Of a DNA stretch of 64,000 nucleotides, positions 10,964-20,775 are shown in pieces. Position 1 is the first letter of the stretch, and each line of letters begins with the position of its first letter. The translations under genes were made by a program, and so were the position numbers. The notes under the pieces were generated by a model that saw only the letters and a program-made list of their open reading frames with translations, did no database searches and was not told the DNA's origin. The stretch comes from an uncultured Actinomycetota bacterium (GTDB lineage Bacteria; Actinomycetota; Actinomycetes; JAHEKZ01): assembly GCA_963743915.1 (NCBI GenBank), contig CAVURN010000001.1:352001-416000 (forward strand), read 5' to 3'.

Positions 10964-11112
10964 GGGGGTGGGCGGGTGGGACGGGCCTGGCGGCTCTCGA
11001 GGTTCGACGGGTGCGCCGGCGCGCCGGTTCCGTCGCCGACCGCTCCGAGGGTAGGCGAGGCCGACCGTCTGCTCCGAATCGGCACGCCGCGCAGTACGCT
11101 CGTCAGTCAGTC

Positions 11113-12042
11113 ATGTCTGAATCCTCACCCGCCGCGGTCGCGCCCGTCGCGCCGGCCCACCAGCCCTCCGTGCGGCATCGCGTGCGGGCGGTCTGGAGGA
11201 GCCGGCGGATCCTGGGGATCTTGATCATCCGCGACCTCAAGGTGCGGTACAGCGGCACGGTGCTGGGGTTCCTCTGGACGCTGCTCGACCCGCTGCTGCT
11301 GACCCTCGTGTACTGGTTCGTCTTCGGCGTGATCGTGAGTCGCGGGGCACCCGACGAGCAGCCCTACCTGCTGTGGCTGCTCACCGGGATCCTCCCGTTC
11401 CAGTGGACCGCGCACGTGCTGACCGACTCCGGCCGGTTGCTGGGCAACGACGCCAAGCTGGTCACGGCGTCGAGCCTGCCGCGTGAGATCTGGGTGCTGC
11501 GGTCGGTCAGCTCGCGCTTCGTGGAGTTCCTGTTCACCCTGCCGATCACCGCGCTCGCGATGGTGCTGTTCGCCACGATCGGCGGCTACGACGTCTGGCC
11601 CTCCGCGTGGATCCTGCTGCTCCCGGTGGTCTTCCTCGTGCAGTTCGCGTTCAACGTCGGACTGGCCATGACGCTCGCCCCCATGTGCATGCTCTATCCG
11701 GACGTCCACCGCGTCGTCCGGGTCTTCGCGACGCTCTACCGGTACCTCTCACCGGTCATCTACGGGTTGGCCTTCCTGGAGCAGTCGCTGTCCACCTCTG
11801 AGATCGCATGGCCGTCGTGGATGCTCTTCGGTGACGAGACCTGGCCCAGCTGGCTCGTGACCGTGTACTCGCTCAACCCGATGGCCGGCATCCTGAACGC
11901 GTACCATGCGATCTTCTTCCCGGACACCGTCGACGACGTCATCCTGTGGCTCTCGGTGGCAGCGGTGTTCTCTCTGCTCACGCTGTGGATCGGCTGGCGG
12001 ACGTTCCGGCGGCTCGAGGCACGGGTGCTGAAGGAGCTGTGA
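11113..12042 (+). CDS. ABC-2 polysaccharide export permease (Wzm/TagG-like)
   Basis: RDLKVRYSGTVLGFLWTLLDPL, YLSPVIY, LNPM. Confidence 0.9.
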   Translation: MSESSPAAVAPVAPAHQPSVRHRVRAVWRSRRILGILIIRDLKVRYSGTVLGFLWTLLDPLLLTLVYWFVFGVIVSRGAPDEQPYLLWLLTGILPFQWTAHVLTDSGRLLGNDAKLVTASSLPREIWVLRSVSSRFVEFLFTLPITALAMVLFATIGGYDVWPSAWILLLPVVFLVQFAFNVGLAMTLAPMCMLYPDVHRVVRVFATLYRYLSPVIYGLAFLEQSLSTSEIAWPSWMLFGDETWPSWLVTVYSLNPMAGILNAYHAIFFPDTVDDVILWLSVAAVFSLLTLWIGWRTFRRLEARVLKEL

Positions 12043-12965
12043 TGTCCGACACGGAGCAGCTCCCCATTGCGATCGAGGCGCAGGGGCTCGGGATCCGGTT
12101 CCGCCGCAACCGCCTGCGGAACCGGCGGCTCGCCGACCTCATCCATCCGCAGCGTGGACGTGCGCGCAGTGAGTTCTGGGCGCTGCGCAACGTGTCGTTC
12201 AAGATCAGGCAGGGCGAGTCGGTGGGCATCGTGGGTGCCAACGGGCAGGGCAAGAGCACGCTGCTCAAGCTCGTGTCGGGCACGCTCATCCCGGACGAAG
12301 GCTGGGTCCGGCTGAACGGCGGCGTGGCGCCGCTGGTGAACATCTCCGGAGGGTTCAAGAGCGACCTCACGGTGCGGGACAACATCTCGATCGTCGCCGG
12401 CCTCCATGGCATGCTCCGCAAGGAGATCGACGAGAAGTTCGATGACGTCATCGAGTTCGCCGAGGTCGGCGACTTCGTCGACACACCGTTCCGTCACCTG
12501 TCGAGCGGCATGAAGACCCGGGTCGCGTTCTCTCTCATCACCTCCCTCGACCAGCCGACCGTCGTCATCGACGAGACTCTCTCGGTCGGTGACGGGTCCT
12601 TCAAACGCAAGGCGTACGAGCGCATCGACCAGATGCTCGTCGGGGGCAAGACGCTCTTCCTCGTCTCGCACAGCGAGCGGCAGCTGCAGCGCCTCTGCAC
12701 CCGTGGCATCTACCTGCGGCGGGGTCGGGTCGTGGCCGACGGACCGATCGACGAGGTGCTGCAGAAGTACGCCGCCGACCGCGAGCTCGAGGGGCACCCG
12801 GGATGGCGCGGGGAGCGGAAGAAGGCCAGGCGTGAGCGACGGCAGCGGAGGCGGGAGACACGGCGTCTGGTGGCGGCGGGGCAGGCGCCCGACCCGGACG
12901 TCGACCTCGACGACGAGGACGGCCACGACCTGCCACCGCGACCGAGCCCGACGGGCACGCCCTGA
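12042..12965 (+). CDS. ABC polysaccharide export ATPase (Wzt/TagH-like)
   Basis: FWALRNVSF, Walker A GANGQGKSTLL, LSSGMKTR, IDETLSVGD; TGATG coupling to the permease. Confidence 0.92.
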   Translation: MSDTEQLPIAIEAQGLGIRFRRNRLRNRRLADLIHPQRGRARSEFWALRNVSFKIRQGESVGIVGANGQGKSTLLKLVSGTLIPDEGWVRLNGGVAPLVNISGGFKSDLTVRDNISIVAGLHGMLRKEIDEKFDDVIEFAEVGDFVDTPFRHLSSGMKTRVAFSLITSLDQPTVVIDETLSVGDGSFKRKAYERIDQMLVGGKTLFLVSHSERQLQRLCTRGIYLRRGRVVADGPIDEVLQKYAADRELEGHPGWRGERKKARRERRQRRRETRRLVAAGQAPDPDVDLDDEDGHDLPPRPSPTGTP

Positions 12966-12981
12966 CCTTGGGGAGGGCTCG

Positions 12982-14439
12982 TCAGCCGGGGATGTCGCAG
13001 ATGTCGTCGGTCGCCTGACGGACACCCTCGGTGTCCCGGGGCTCCTTGACCACGACCGGCGTGACGCCGGGCCAGTCGTCACCCACCACCACCTCGACCA
13101 CCGTGCCGAGGCCCGCCCGCTTCACGCGGGTCGCTCCGGGTAGCGACGCGGCGACCGTCCGGGCTGCCTCCTGGCCGCTGACGTCGTAGCGGACGACGGA
13201 GGAGAGGAAGTCCTGCGACTCGGCGTCGCCGATCCCGACGACGACGTACCCCTGGGCCTCGAGCTCGGCGGCCGCCGAGGTGGCCACGCCGTCGACCCCC
13301 GTGCCGTTGAGGACCCGGACCGAGATCGACTCGGGGGCAGCGGTCAGCGGTTCTCCGTCGATCTCGGTGGGCTTCGGGGGATCGGGCGGGTAGGGATCGT
13401 CCTGGATGATCGCGTCCCACAGCGGGTCGGTCTTCTCGGTGTTCCACACCACCGTGTTGGGGTCGTTCGGGTTCACCACCCACGGGGTCGTCATGAAGGT
13501 GATGTCCTTGGGCGGGATGCCGCGTACCTCCTGCGCGAGCTCCCGGAGGCGGTTGAGGTTGGCCAGCTCCGGGTCCGTCGTCAGGGACTTGGTCGCGGCC
13601 TCGAGGAAGCGCACGAGCTTGATCGGGTTGAGCAGCGTGCCCGAGCTCCGTGCCTTCGTGATCAGGGACGAGATGAACGCCTGCTGGCGGTCGATCCGGT
13701 CGATGTCGCTTCCGGTGCCGATGGCCCGGACGCGGACGAAGGCCAGGGCCTGGTCGCCCGTGACGGTGCTGATGCCGGCCGGCAGGTTGAGGCCGCTCTT
13801 CGGCTCGACGACGTCGTACGGCAGGCAGACGTCGACCCCGCCGAGGGCGTCGACGATGTCGTTGAAGCCGGAGAAGTCGACGATCACGAAGTGGTCGATG
13901 AACACGCCGGTGTTCTGCTCGACGGTCTTGATCGTGCACCCTGGTCCGCCGGTGGAGAAGGCGGAGTTGAAGCGGTCGGTGTAGGGCGACGACATGCCGG
14001 TGTCGGTCTTGCAGGACGGGACGTCGACGATGGTGTCGCGAGGGATGCTGACGACCAGCGCGCTCTGCCGGTCGGCGGGCAGGTGCACCAGCAGCGTGGT
14101 GTCCGAGCGGGCCCCGATGTCCTGTCCGTACCCGCCACCCTGTCCGGTCCGGGTGTCCGAGCCCATCACCAGGATGTTGAGCGGCTCCTTCTCCTCCGGT
14201 TCGTGCGACGCCTGCTTGCTCGGACGGTCGGTTCCGAGGACGTCACTGGTCAACAGGTCCTTCTTGCCGATGTTCCCCTCGAACCGCTGGTAGAGGTAGA
14301 AGCCGGTGGCGGCACCCGCGACCAGCAGCAGGACGACGGTGACGGCGAGCCACTTGACGGTGCGCCGGATCCTCGGGTGGCCGTGCGGCGCCGGGTCGCT
14401 GGCGTCGGAGCCGCCCTCGGAGGGCGAGCGGTGGGACAT
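12982..14439 (-). CDS. LCP family glycopolymer transferase with LytR_C domain
   Basis: ILVMGSDTR, RSDTTLLVH, SIPRDT, FVRVR, SDIDRIDRQQ; VRVLNGTGVDGVA. Confidence 0.93.
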   Translation of the reverse strand: MSHRSPSEGGSDASDPAPHGHPRIRRTVKWLAVTVVLLLVAGAATGFYLYQRFEGNIGKKDLLTSDVLGTDRPSKQASHEPEEKEPLNILVMGSDTRTGQGGGYGQDIGARSDTTLLVHLPADRQSALVVSIPRDTIVDVPSCKTDTGMSSPYTDRFNSAFSTGGPGCTIKTVEQNTGVFIDHFVIVDFSGFNDIVDALGGVDVCLPYDVVEPKSGLNLPAGISTVTGDQALAFVRVRAIGTGSDIDRIDRQQAFISSLITKARSSGTLLNPIKLVRFLEAATKSLTTDPELANLNRLRELAQEVRGIPPKDITFMTTPWVVNPNDPNTVVWNTEKTDPLWDAIIQDDPYPPDPPKPTEIDGEPLTAAPESISVRVLNGTGVDGVATSAAAELEAQGYVVVGIGDAESQDFLSSVVRYDVSGQEAARTVAASLPGATRVKRAGLGTVVEVVVGDDWPGVTPVVVKEPRDTEGVRQATDDICDIPG

Positions 14440-14481
14440 CGAGTTCCTTGGGGTGCGGAGAGCCGTCAGGATACGGACAGG

Positions 14482-15216
14482 TCAGGTCAGGGTCCGAACC
14501 GCCTCGGGGACGGGCACCCCGTCGGGGACGGGAGCTGTGACAGCCGTCACGTGCTCGGCATTCCAGTGTTCGACGCAGCGGAGGGCATCGGGGTTCCGCA
14601 CCCACACGACGCTGGCACCGACGGCGAGCGGTGCCAACCACTCGCGGACGACGGCGTCCAGGTCGGGGTCCGGCCCGAGTGCGGCGACCCGGTCGGTCGG
14701 TACCAGCCCGAGGGCGGACGCCTGCTGCTCGGCACGGCCCCCCCAGCCGCTCGACGGAACCTGCGGCCCGACCACCTGGTCGGGCATGGAGCGCGCCTCG
14801 ACCGTGAAGTCGTGGACGAGCACCGGCAGGGGGTCCAGGAACGGCGCTGCCATGGGGGCGAGGGAGCAGGCGATGACCTCGTCGGCATCCGGGAGCGCTG
14901 CGAGCCCGTCCGGACCCACGACCGCCACGTCGGACGACCCGCCGGACCGCCCGTCGACGATCTCCGCGCCCACCGCGTCCGCGGCGAGCACCCAGACGGC
15001 GAGCAGCCAGTGACGAGGCAGGTGGAGGGACACACGGGCACGCGGCCCCACTCCGCAGGTCTGGGTGAGGACGTTCACCGTCTTGGCCACCCAGTTGACG
15101 AGTGTGGTCGTGGAGAGCTCGACCCGCTCGCCCGTGGCGTCGTCGTAGAAGGTCAGACGCGGGCTCGCAGGATCGTCGGACAACGCGCGGCGCAGATGCT
15201 CTTGGCACGAGGTCAC
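14482..15216 (-). CDS. TIGR03089 family protein (acyl-CoA synthetase-like fragment)
   Basis: PRLTFYDDATGERVELSTTTLVNWVAKT; leaderless GTG preceded by TACCCT. Confidence 0.88.
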   Translation of the reverse strand: MTSCQEHLRRALSDDPASPRLTFYDDATGERVELSTTTLVNWVAKTVNVLTQTCGVGPRARVSLHLPRHWLLAVWVLAADAVGAEIVDGRSGGSSDVAVVGPDGLAALPDADEVIACSLAPMAAPFLDPLPVLVHDFTVEARSMPDQVVGPQVPSSGWGGRAEQQASALGLVPTDRVAALGPDPDLDAVVREWLAPLAVGASVVWVRNPDALRCVEHWNAEHVTAVTAPVPDGVPVPEAVRTLT

Positions 15217-15342
15217 GGCGTCTAGGGTAGGGACTCGTCTCCAGTCGGGCCCACGCCCGGCCGATGGTGTGCGGGGGAGCACGTCCGGCGTGGGCGGGCT
15301 CCCTCACACGCTCACCGACTTCCCCCGGAGAGGTTCGTCGTC

Positions 15343-17988
15343 GTGTCCTTCCCGCGCTTCACCCGACCAACCGGTGCTCTTCTGGCCGTCGTCCTCGTCG
15401 TGCCCACGGCGGTGCTGGCCCCCACGGTGGTGGTGAGTCGGCCGACGCCGCACCCGGTCTCCCCCGACGTGCAGCAGCTGCGCCTGCGTGGCGTGGACGG
15501 GTCGGTCGCCGAGGCCAGGTCCTCGGCGCCGGCGGTCCTGACGCGAGCCTGGAAGTCGCTGCCAGGCGAGTCGGCGGCCACGGCTCGGCGCGCCGCCGAA
15601 CGCCCCCCCGTGGTCCTCAGCGAGCCGATGGCCACCGACGGGTACCGGATGCTCGGCGTCACGTGGCGTGGCGCCGCCCCCACCGCCACCGGTGCGGTCG
15701 TGGTGTCGGCACGGACCCGCACCGAGGGGCACTGGACCGACTGGTTCGCGCTGGACCCGATGGTGGACGCCGGTACCGAGGCGTCGCCGAACGGGCGCTT
15801 CGGCACCGTTCCCTACTGGGCCGGTGACTCCGACGGCATCCAGGTGCGGGTCGACGGGGTCGGCGACGCCCGACCGCGCGGGGTGCGCGTCGACCTCATC
15901 GAGCCCGGCACCTCCGACGCCGACGCCCTCGTCACCGACCCGTGGTCCGGGTCTGCGGCCATGGCGTCCACCAACCGCCCGCCGATCGTGACGCGCGCGG
16001 AGTGGGGGGCCAACGAGTCGCTCCGCGACAAGCGCCTGGAGAACAGCCCCACGGTCGAGGTGATGTTCGTGCACCACACCGCCGGCAGCAACAGCTACAC
16101 CAGGAGCGAGAGCCCGGCCGTGGTGCGAGGGCTGTACAGCTACTACGTGAACACGCTGGACTACGCCGACCTCGGCTACAACTTCCTGGTCGACAAGTAC
16201 GGGACGATCTACGAGGGGCGTGCCGGCAGCATCAGCAAGCCGGTGCGCTCGGCCGCGACCGGCGGCTTCAACACCAACACCATGGCGGTCGTGGCCATGG
16301 GCAACTTCATGACCGCCCCGGCGTCCGACGAGATGGTGCGCGCGATCGCGAAGATCCTGGCCTACCGGCTCTCGTCGTTCCACCGCGATCCGTTCGACCG
16401 GAAGGTGCTGCGGGCCGAGATCGGGTCGTCGCGGTACGACGCAGGCGAGCGCGCGAGGTTCCGGGTGGTCTCCGGTCATCGCGACGCCGGTTTCACCGCC
16501 TGCCCGGGGAACAACCTCTACCAGCAGCTGCCGACCATCAGGCGCCTCACCGCCAAGTACATGGGGTCGAGCCTGGTGGAGCCCTCCATCTCGGACCGCA
16601 ACGTTCCGCTCGGCTCCTCGGTCGACGTCCGTGCGCAGGTCATGCAGGAGCAGGGGTGGGCCCTGACGGTCCGCGACCTGTGCAGCGGTGAGGTGGTGCG
16701 CAGGGTCAAGGGTCGGGCGTCGCCGACGAGCCCCATCCGGGCCACCTGGGACGGGTCGACCGATGCGGGGTCCAAGGCTCCACCGGGGCGCTACCGACTC
16801 ACGCTCACGAGCAGCGGCGACGGCACCTCGGCCTGGCCCTGGGGGACGACCGTCCTCGTCGGTGCCGGTGGTCAGGCCGACCCACCGACCGTCGGCTCGC
16901 TGCCCAGCCCCGTGGGCGGGACCTACGTGCCGCTCCGTCCGCGCCCCCTGCTCTCCAGCACCGAAGGCGTCGGCATCCGGCGCCCCCTGCTGCTCGGCCC
17001 AGACCGCAGGCTCGACGTCCAGGTGCTCGGGCGGGCCGGGGTCCCGGCATCGGACGTCTCGGCCGTGGCGCTGTCGGTGCAGGCCAACTGTGCGAGCAGG
17101 GCGACGAGCATCTCGGTCGGCCCCGACTCGGTGCGGGGGACCGGCGCTCGCGTGCTCTCGCTGAAGCCGCACCGCGCGGTCCGGGGATTCACCCTGGTCC
17201 GGGTCGGTCCCTCCGGTGAGGTGACTTTCCGCAACCGGTCCGGCGCGGTCGCACTCGAGGCCGAGGTCGTCGGCTACGTCAGCACGTCAGGTGCGGGGGG
17301 TGCGCTCACTCCGCTTCGCCGTCAGGTTCTCGCCGCCGCAAGTCCGGTGTCGGTCAGTCCCACACCGGTCACTCTCGACGTCGCAGGGCAGGCGGGTGTT
17401 CCCGCCGACGCCCGCGCCGTGGTGCTCTCCGTGCGGCGCGGCGGCGCCTCCCCCGTCGAGGCGGTGTGGGCCTGGCCGAGCGGGTCGGACCGACCCGTCG
17501 CGCCGAGCTGGCGGCGAGCCAGCGGGTCCGGCTCGGTCGCGCAGGTGGTGGTGCCTCTCGGCGCCGACGGCAGGATGCGCGTCGCTGCCGACAGCGCCGG
17601 CGCCGTCTCCCTCGACGTCGCGGGGTACGTGGCAGCAGGCGACGACCGGGCCTTCCACCCGCTCGTCCCGCAGCGGCTCACCAAGGACGGCCTGCGGCTC
17701 GACCGGCGCGGGGCCACGACGGTGAGCGTCGCAGGCCGGGCTGGGGTGCCGAGATCCGCCACCTCGGTGGTCGTGGCGCTCTCCGGCTCCCGCAGCACCG
17801 GTCCGGCTCGGGTGCAGCTGTGGCCGCGGGGGGCGACGGCACCGAGCACGCCAGATCTCGTGGTTCCGCGCAAGGACTCGCGCGAGACGGTCTCGGTCGT
17901 GCGGCTGGGCAGGGGCGGCGACCTGCTGCTCAAGGCCCGGGACGCGCGGGTGCGCGCCGAGCTGCAGGTGCTCGGCTGGATCGGCTAG
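15343..17988 (+). CDS. Secreted N-acetylmuramoyl-L-alanine amidase (PGRP/amidase_2) with FlgD-like Ig domain and three C-terminal repeats
   Basis: Signal peptide; RAEWGANE, VHHTAG, DLGYNFLVD, YEGR, GHRD, TACPG; ATWDG...PPGRY; three repeats containing AGxAGVP-like motifs. Confidence 0.88.
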   Translation: MSFPRFTRPTGALLAVVLVVPTAVLAPTVVVSRPTPHPVSPDVQQLRLRGVDGSVAEARSSAPAVLTRAWKSLPGESAATARRAAERPPVVLSEPMATDGYRMLGVTWRGAAPTATGAVVVSARTRTEGHWTDWFALDPMVDAGTEASPNGRFGTVPYWAGDSDGIQVRVDGVGDARPRGVRVDLIEPGTSDADALVTDPWSGSAAMASTNRPPIVTRAEWGANESLRDKRLENSPTVEVMFVHHTAGSNSYTRSESPAVVRGLYSYYVNTLDYADLGYNFLVDKYGTIYEGRAGSISKPVRSAATGGFNTNTMAVVAMGNFMTAPASDEMVRAIAKILAYRLSSFHRDPFDRKVLRAEIGSSRYDAGERARFRVVSGHRDAGFTACPGNNLYQQLPTIRRLTAKYMGSSLVEPSISDRNVPLGSSVDVRAQVMQEQGWALTVRDLCSGEVVRRVKGRASPTSPIRATWDGSTDAGSKAPPGRYRLTLTSSGDGTSAWPWGTTVLVGAGGQADPPTVGSLPSPVGGTYVPLRPRPLLSSTEGVGIRRPLLLGPDRRLDVQVLGRAGVPASDVSAVALSVQANCASRATSISVGPDSVRGTGARVLSLKPHRAVRGFTLVRVGPSGEVTFRNRSGAVALEAEVVGYVSTSGAGGALTPLRRQVLAAASPVSVSPTPVTLDVAGQAGVPADARAVVLSVRRGGASPVEAVWAWPSGSDRPVAPSWRRASGSGSVAQVVVPLGADGRMRVAADSAGAVSLDVAGYVAAGDDRAFHPLVPQRLTKDGLRLDRRGATTVSVAGRAGVPRSATSVVVALSGSRSTGPARVQLWPRGATAPSTPDLVVPRKDSRETVSVVRLGRGGDLLLKARDARVRAELQVLGWIG

Positions 17989-18072
17989 CGCGAATCCGCC
18001 CGCGCAGCCGCAAACCCCCAGGTCAGGGGTGAGCGCCTAAGGTGCTCCCGGTCCGCTGCCGAGACCCCCTGT

Positions 18073-19656
18073 GTGACGGGTGTGACGCAGGGGACGCCGG
18101 GTGCCAGGACGCGCCGCGTCGCCCCGACCCTGATGACCGTGCTGGTGCTGGCGGCGCTGGTCGCCGGCCTGGTGGGCCTGGTGGTGCCCCAGCCGGCACG
18201 GGCCACGTCCGCCGCCGAGGTCTACCCGGTGCCCGGGAGCGGCACCTACGAGCTGTCCGGACTGGGATTCGGGCACGGCATCGGGATGTCCCAGTTCGGC
18301 GCCGAAGGCATGGGTCGGCTCGGCAAGTCGTACCGCCAGATCCTGAAGTTCTACTACCCGGGCACCCGGTTCGCCGAGGTGGACCGTTCCCGGAAGATCA
18401 GGGTGGGGCTGTCCGGCCTCATGCACAGCACACCGCAGGGAACGGCCGTCGTCGTGCAGCCGCGGGAGGGGCTCCGTGCCAGCCACGCCGGCGAGGAGAT
18501 CCTCCTGCCCGGCAAGGTCGGTGGCGAGAAGGTCAGGAGCTACCGGGTCGTGCGCCACGGCGACGACCTCGCCGTCTGGGCAGTGTCGTCGGCTGACCGC
18601 GTCAAGGTCGAAGGTCGCCTGGGCCGGACGGTGACCTGGAACACCGACCCCGCTCCCGGCCGGAGCCGCTTCACGGTGTCCCCGGCCTCGGGCGCCGACC
18701 GGACCTACCGGGGAGAGCTCGACGTCACGCTCGGCGCGTCGTCGGTCCTTGCCGTCAACCGGCTGCTCCTGCAGGACTACCTCCGGTCCGTGGTCTCCTC
18801 GGAGGTGCCCTCGTCCTGGACCGACGCGGCGCTGCGCGCACAGTCGGTGGCTGCGCGGAGCTATGCGCTGCTGGCGCAGGAGAACGCGCGCGCGGCGAAT
18901 CGCGCGTACGACATCTGCGACACGACCTACTGCCAGGTGTACTCGCCCGTCGCCGGTGAGACGTCACCCGAGGTGGCCGCGGTGAAGGCGACGGCCGGGA
19001 TCTACCTCAAGAGCGCAGGACAGCCGGTCTTCGCCATGTTCAGCTCGGCGAACGGCGGCTACTCCGTCTCGGGCAGTCGTGGCTACCTCGTCGCCCAACC
19101 GGATCCGTACGACGGGGTGGTCACCGGCTCCGCGAACTGGGGGCACAGCTGGACGACGTCGGTCACCGCCGGCGCGATCGAGCGCGCCTGGCCACAGATC
19201 GGCACGCTGCAGAAGCTGAAGGTGCTGGAGCGCGACGGCAACGGTGCCTGGGGTGGTCGGGTCGTCTCCGTCGGACTCGTCGGGAGCCGCAGCACCGTCT
19301 CGGTCTCCGCCGACAGCTTCCGGTGGGCGACCGGTCTGAAGAGCACCTGGTGGACGGTGACCAACGCTGACGGCTCCGCCGCGGCACCGGTGACGAACGT
19401 CCGCGTCAAGCCCGGGGACCGGTCCGCGCAGGTGCGCTGGCGCGCGCCGGCCACCGAGCGAAAAGTCCGTGGCTACCGGGTCACGGTGTCGGGCACCGGC
19501 GACTCGTACCGCGTCGACCGTGACACCCGTCGTGTCCGCGTCCGCGGGTTGACCAACGGCGAGGAGTACCGGGCTCGGGTTGCTCCCCTCTACCGCTCCG
19601 GTCCTGGCCCCAAGACCTCCTCGTCGGCGTTCGTCCCGACTTCGGACTACTCCTAG
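18073..19656 (+). CDS. SpoIID/LytB domain protein with C-terminal fibronectin type III domain
   Basis: GFGHGIGMSQFGA, ILKFYYPG, YLRSVVSSEVPSSW, ALRAQSVAARSYA, ICDTTYCQVY; FN3 with VRW...GLTNGEEY. Confidence 0.9.
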   Translation: MTGVTQGTPGARTRRVAPTLMTVLVLAALVAGLVGLVVPQPARATSAAEVYPVPGSGTYELSGLGFGHGIGMSQFGAEGMGRLGKSYRQILKFYYPGTRFAEVDRSRKIRVGLSGLMHSTPQGTAVVVQPREGLRASHAGEEILLPGKVGGEKVRSYRVVRHGDDLAVWAVSSADRVKVEGRLGRTVTWNTDPAPGRSRFTVSPASGADRTYRGELDVTLGASSVLAVNRLLLQDYLRSVVSSEVPSSWTDAALRAQSVAARSYALLAQENARAANRAYDICDTTYCQVYSPVAGETSPEVAAVKATAGIYLKSAGQPVFAMFSSANGGYSVSGSRGYLVAQPDPYDGVVTGSANWGHSWTTSVTAGAIERAWPQIGTLQKLKVLERDGNGAWGGRVVSVGLVGSRSTVSVSADSFRWATGLKSTWWTVTNADGSAAAPVTNVRVKPGDRSAQVRWRAPATERKVRGYRVTVSGTGDSYRVDRDTRRVRVRGLTNGEEYRARVAPLYRSGPGPKTSSSAFVPTSDYS

Positions 19657-19705
19657 TCCGCTTCTCGTGCCGCTGAGCTGCCTCGGCGACCCGGCTCAGC
19701 ATCAC

Positions 19706-19727
19706 CGTCGGCGCCCTCACCTACGCT
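19706..19727 (+). promoter_or_regulatory. Leaderless promoter of the manC-alkA pair, resembling a PafBC/RecA-NDp motif
   Basis: CGTCGG-N10-TACGCT, 6 nt before GTG 19734; one mismatch to TGTCGG-N10-TANNNT. Confidence 0.4.
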
Positions 19728-19733
19728 GACGTC

Positions 19734-20771
19734 GTGACCGACCGTGCGACCCTCGAGGCCATCCTGCTGGTCGGAGGCGAGGGCACGCGGCTGCGTCCGC
19801 TGACCCTCACCACCCCCAAGCCCTTGCTACCGGTCGCCGGTGTGCCGTTCCTGCTGCATCAGATCGCTGCGCTGCGCCGTGCCGGCGTGACGCACGTGGT
19901 GCTGGCCACGTCCTACCGCGCAGAGGTGTTCCACGGGACCCTCGGCGACGGCTCGTCCCTCGGCCTGTCGATCACGTACGTGCACGAGGACCACCCACTC
20001 GGCACCGGTGGAGCGATCCGCAACGCGTCGGTCGGCCTGCGGGGTGGTAGCGACGGTGCCGTCGTGGTGCTGAACGGCGACGTCCTGTCGGGTCACGACC
20101 TCGCGGGTCAGGTTGCCTTCCACCGACGAGTCGACGCCGACCTGACGCTGCATCTGGTCGAGGTCGACGACGCGCGGGCGTACGGATGCGTGCCCACCGA
20201 TGCGGACGGTCGGGTGACCGCCTTCCTGGAGAAGATGCCGGAGCCCGTGACGCGATGGATCAACGCCGGCGCCTACGTCTTCCGCCGCTCGGTGATCGAC
20301 GCGATTCCCGTCGACCAGGTGGTGTCGGTGGAGCGGGAGACCTTCCCGCAGCTCCTCGCCGAAGACCGTGACGTCCGTGCCTGGAAGCAGACGGCGTACT
20401 GGTGCGACGTGGGAACGCCCGAGGCCCTGATTCGCTGTTCGGCCGACGTCGTCGAGGGCGTCGCCCCGGGTGCCGTGCCGCCGTCCGTGCCTGCGCGGGT
20501 CGCCCCCGACGCCATTGTCGCGTCAGATGCGGTGATCGATGGCGGGTCGTCGGTCGCGTCCGGCGCGACTGTCGGTGCGAAGTGCGTCGTTCGACGCTCC
20601 ATCGTCATGCCGGACGCCCTCATCGGCGCCGGTGCCCGGGTCGAGGCCAGCGTCGTCGGCGCGCGTGCGGAGGTGGGGGCGGGGGCGGTGCTCGTCGACG
20701 TGGTGCTCGCCGACGGTGCCACGGTGACGCCCGACGCCCGACCCGCGCCCGGGTCGCGGCTGAGCGGGTGA
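19734..20771 (+). CDS. manC: Mannose-1-phosphate guanylyltransferase-like NDP-sugar synthase
   Basis: LVGGEGTRLRPLT, PKPLLP, PLGTGG, NGD, FLEK, INAGAY, DVGTP; C-terminal beta-helix. Confidence 0.85.
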   Translation: MTDRATLEAILLVGGEGTRLRPLTLTTPKPLLPVAGVPFLLHQIAALRRAGVTHVVLATSYRAEVFHGTLGDGSSLGLSITYVHEDHPLGTGGAIRNASVGLRGGSDGAVVVLNGDVLSGHDLAGQVAFHRRVDADLTLHLVEVDDARAYGCVPTDADGRVTAFLEKMPEPVTRWINAGAYVFRRSVIDAIPVDQVVSVERETFPQLLAEDRDVRAWKQTAYWCDVGTPEALIRCSADVVEGVAPGAVPPSVPARVAPDAIVASDAVIDGGSSVASGATVGAKCVVRRSIVMPDALIGAGARVEASVVGARAEVGAGAVLVDVVLADGATVTPDARPAPGSRLSG

Positions 20772-20775
20772 AGGC

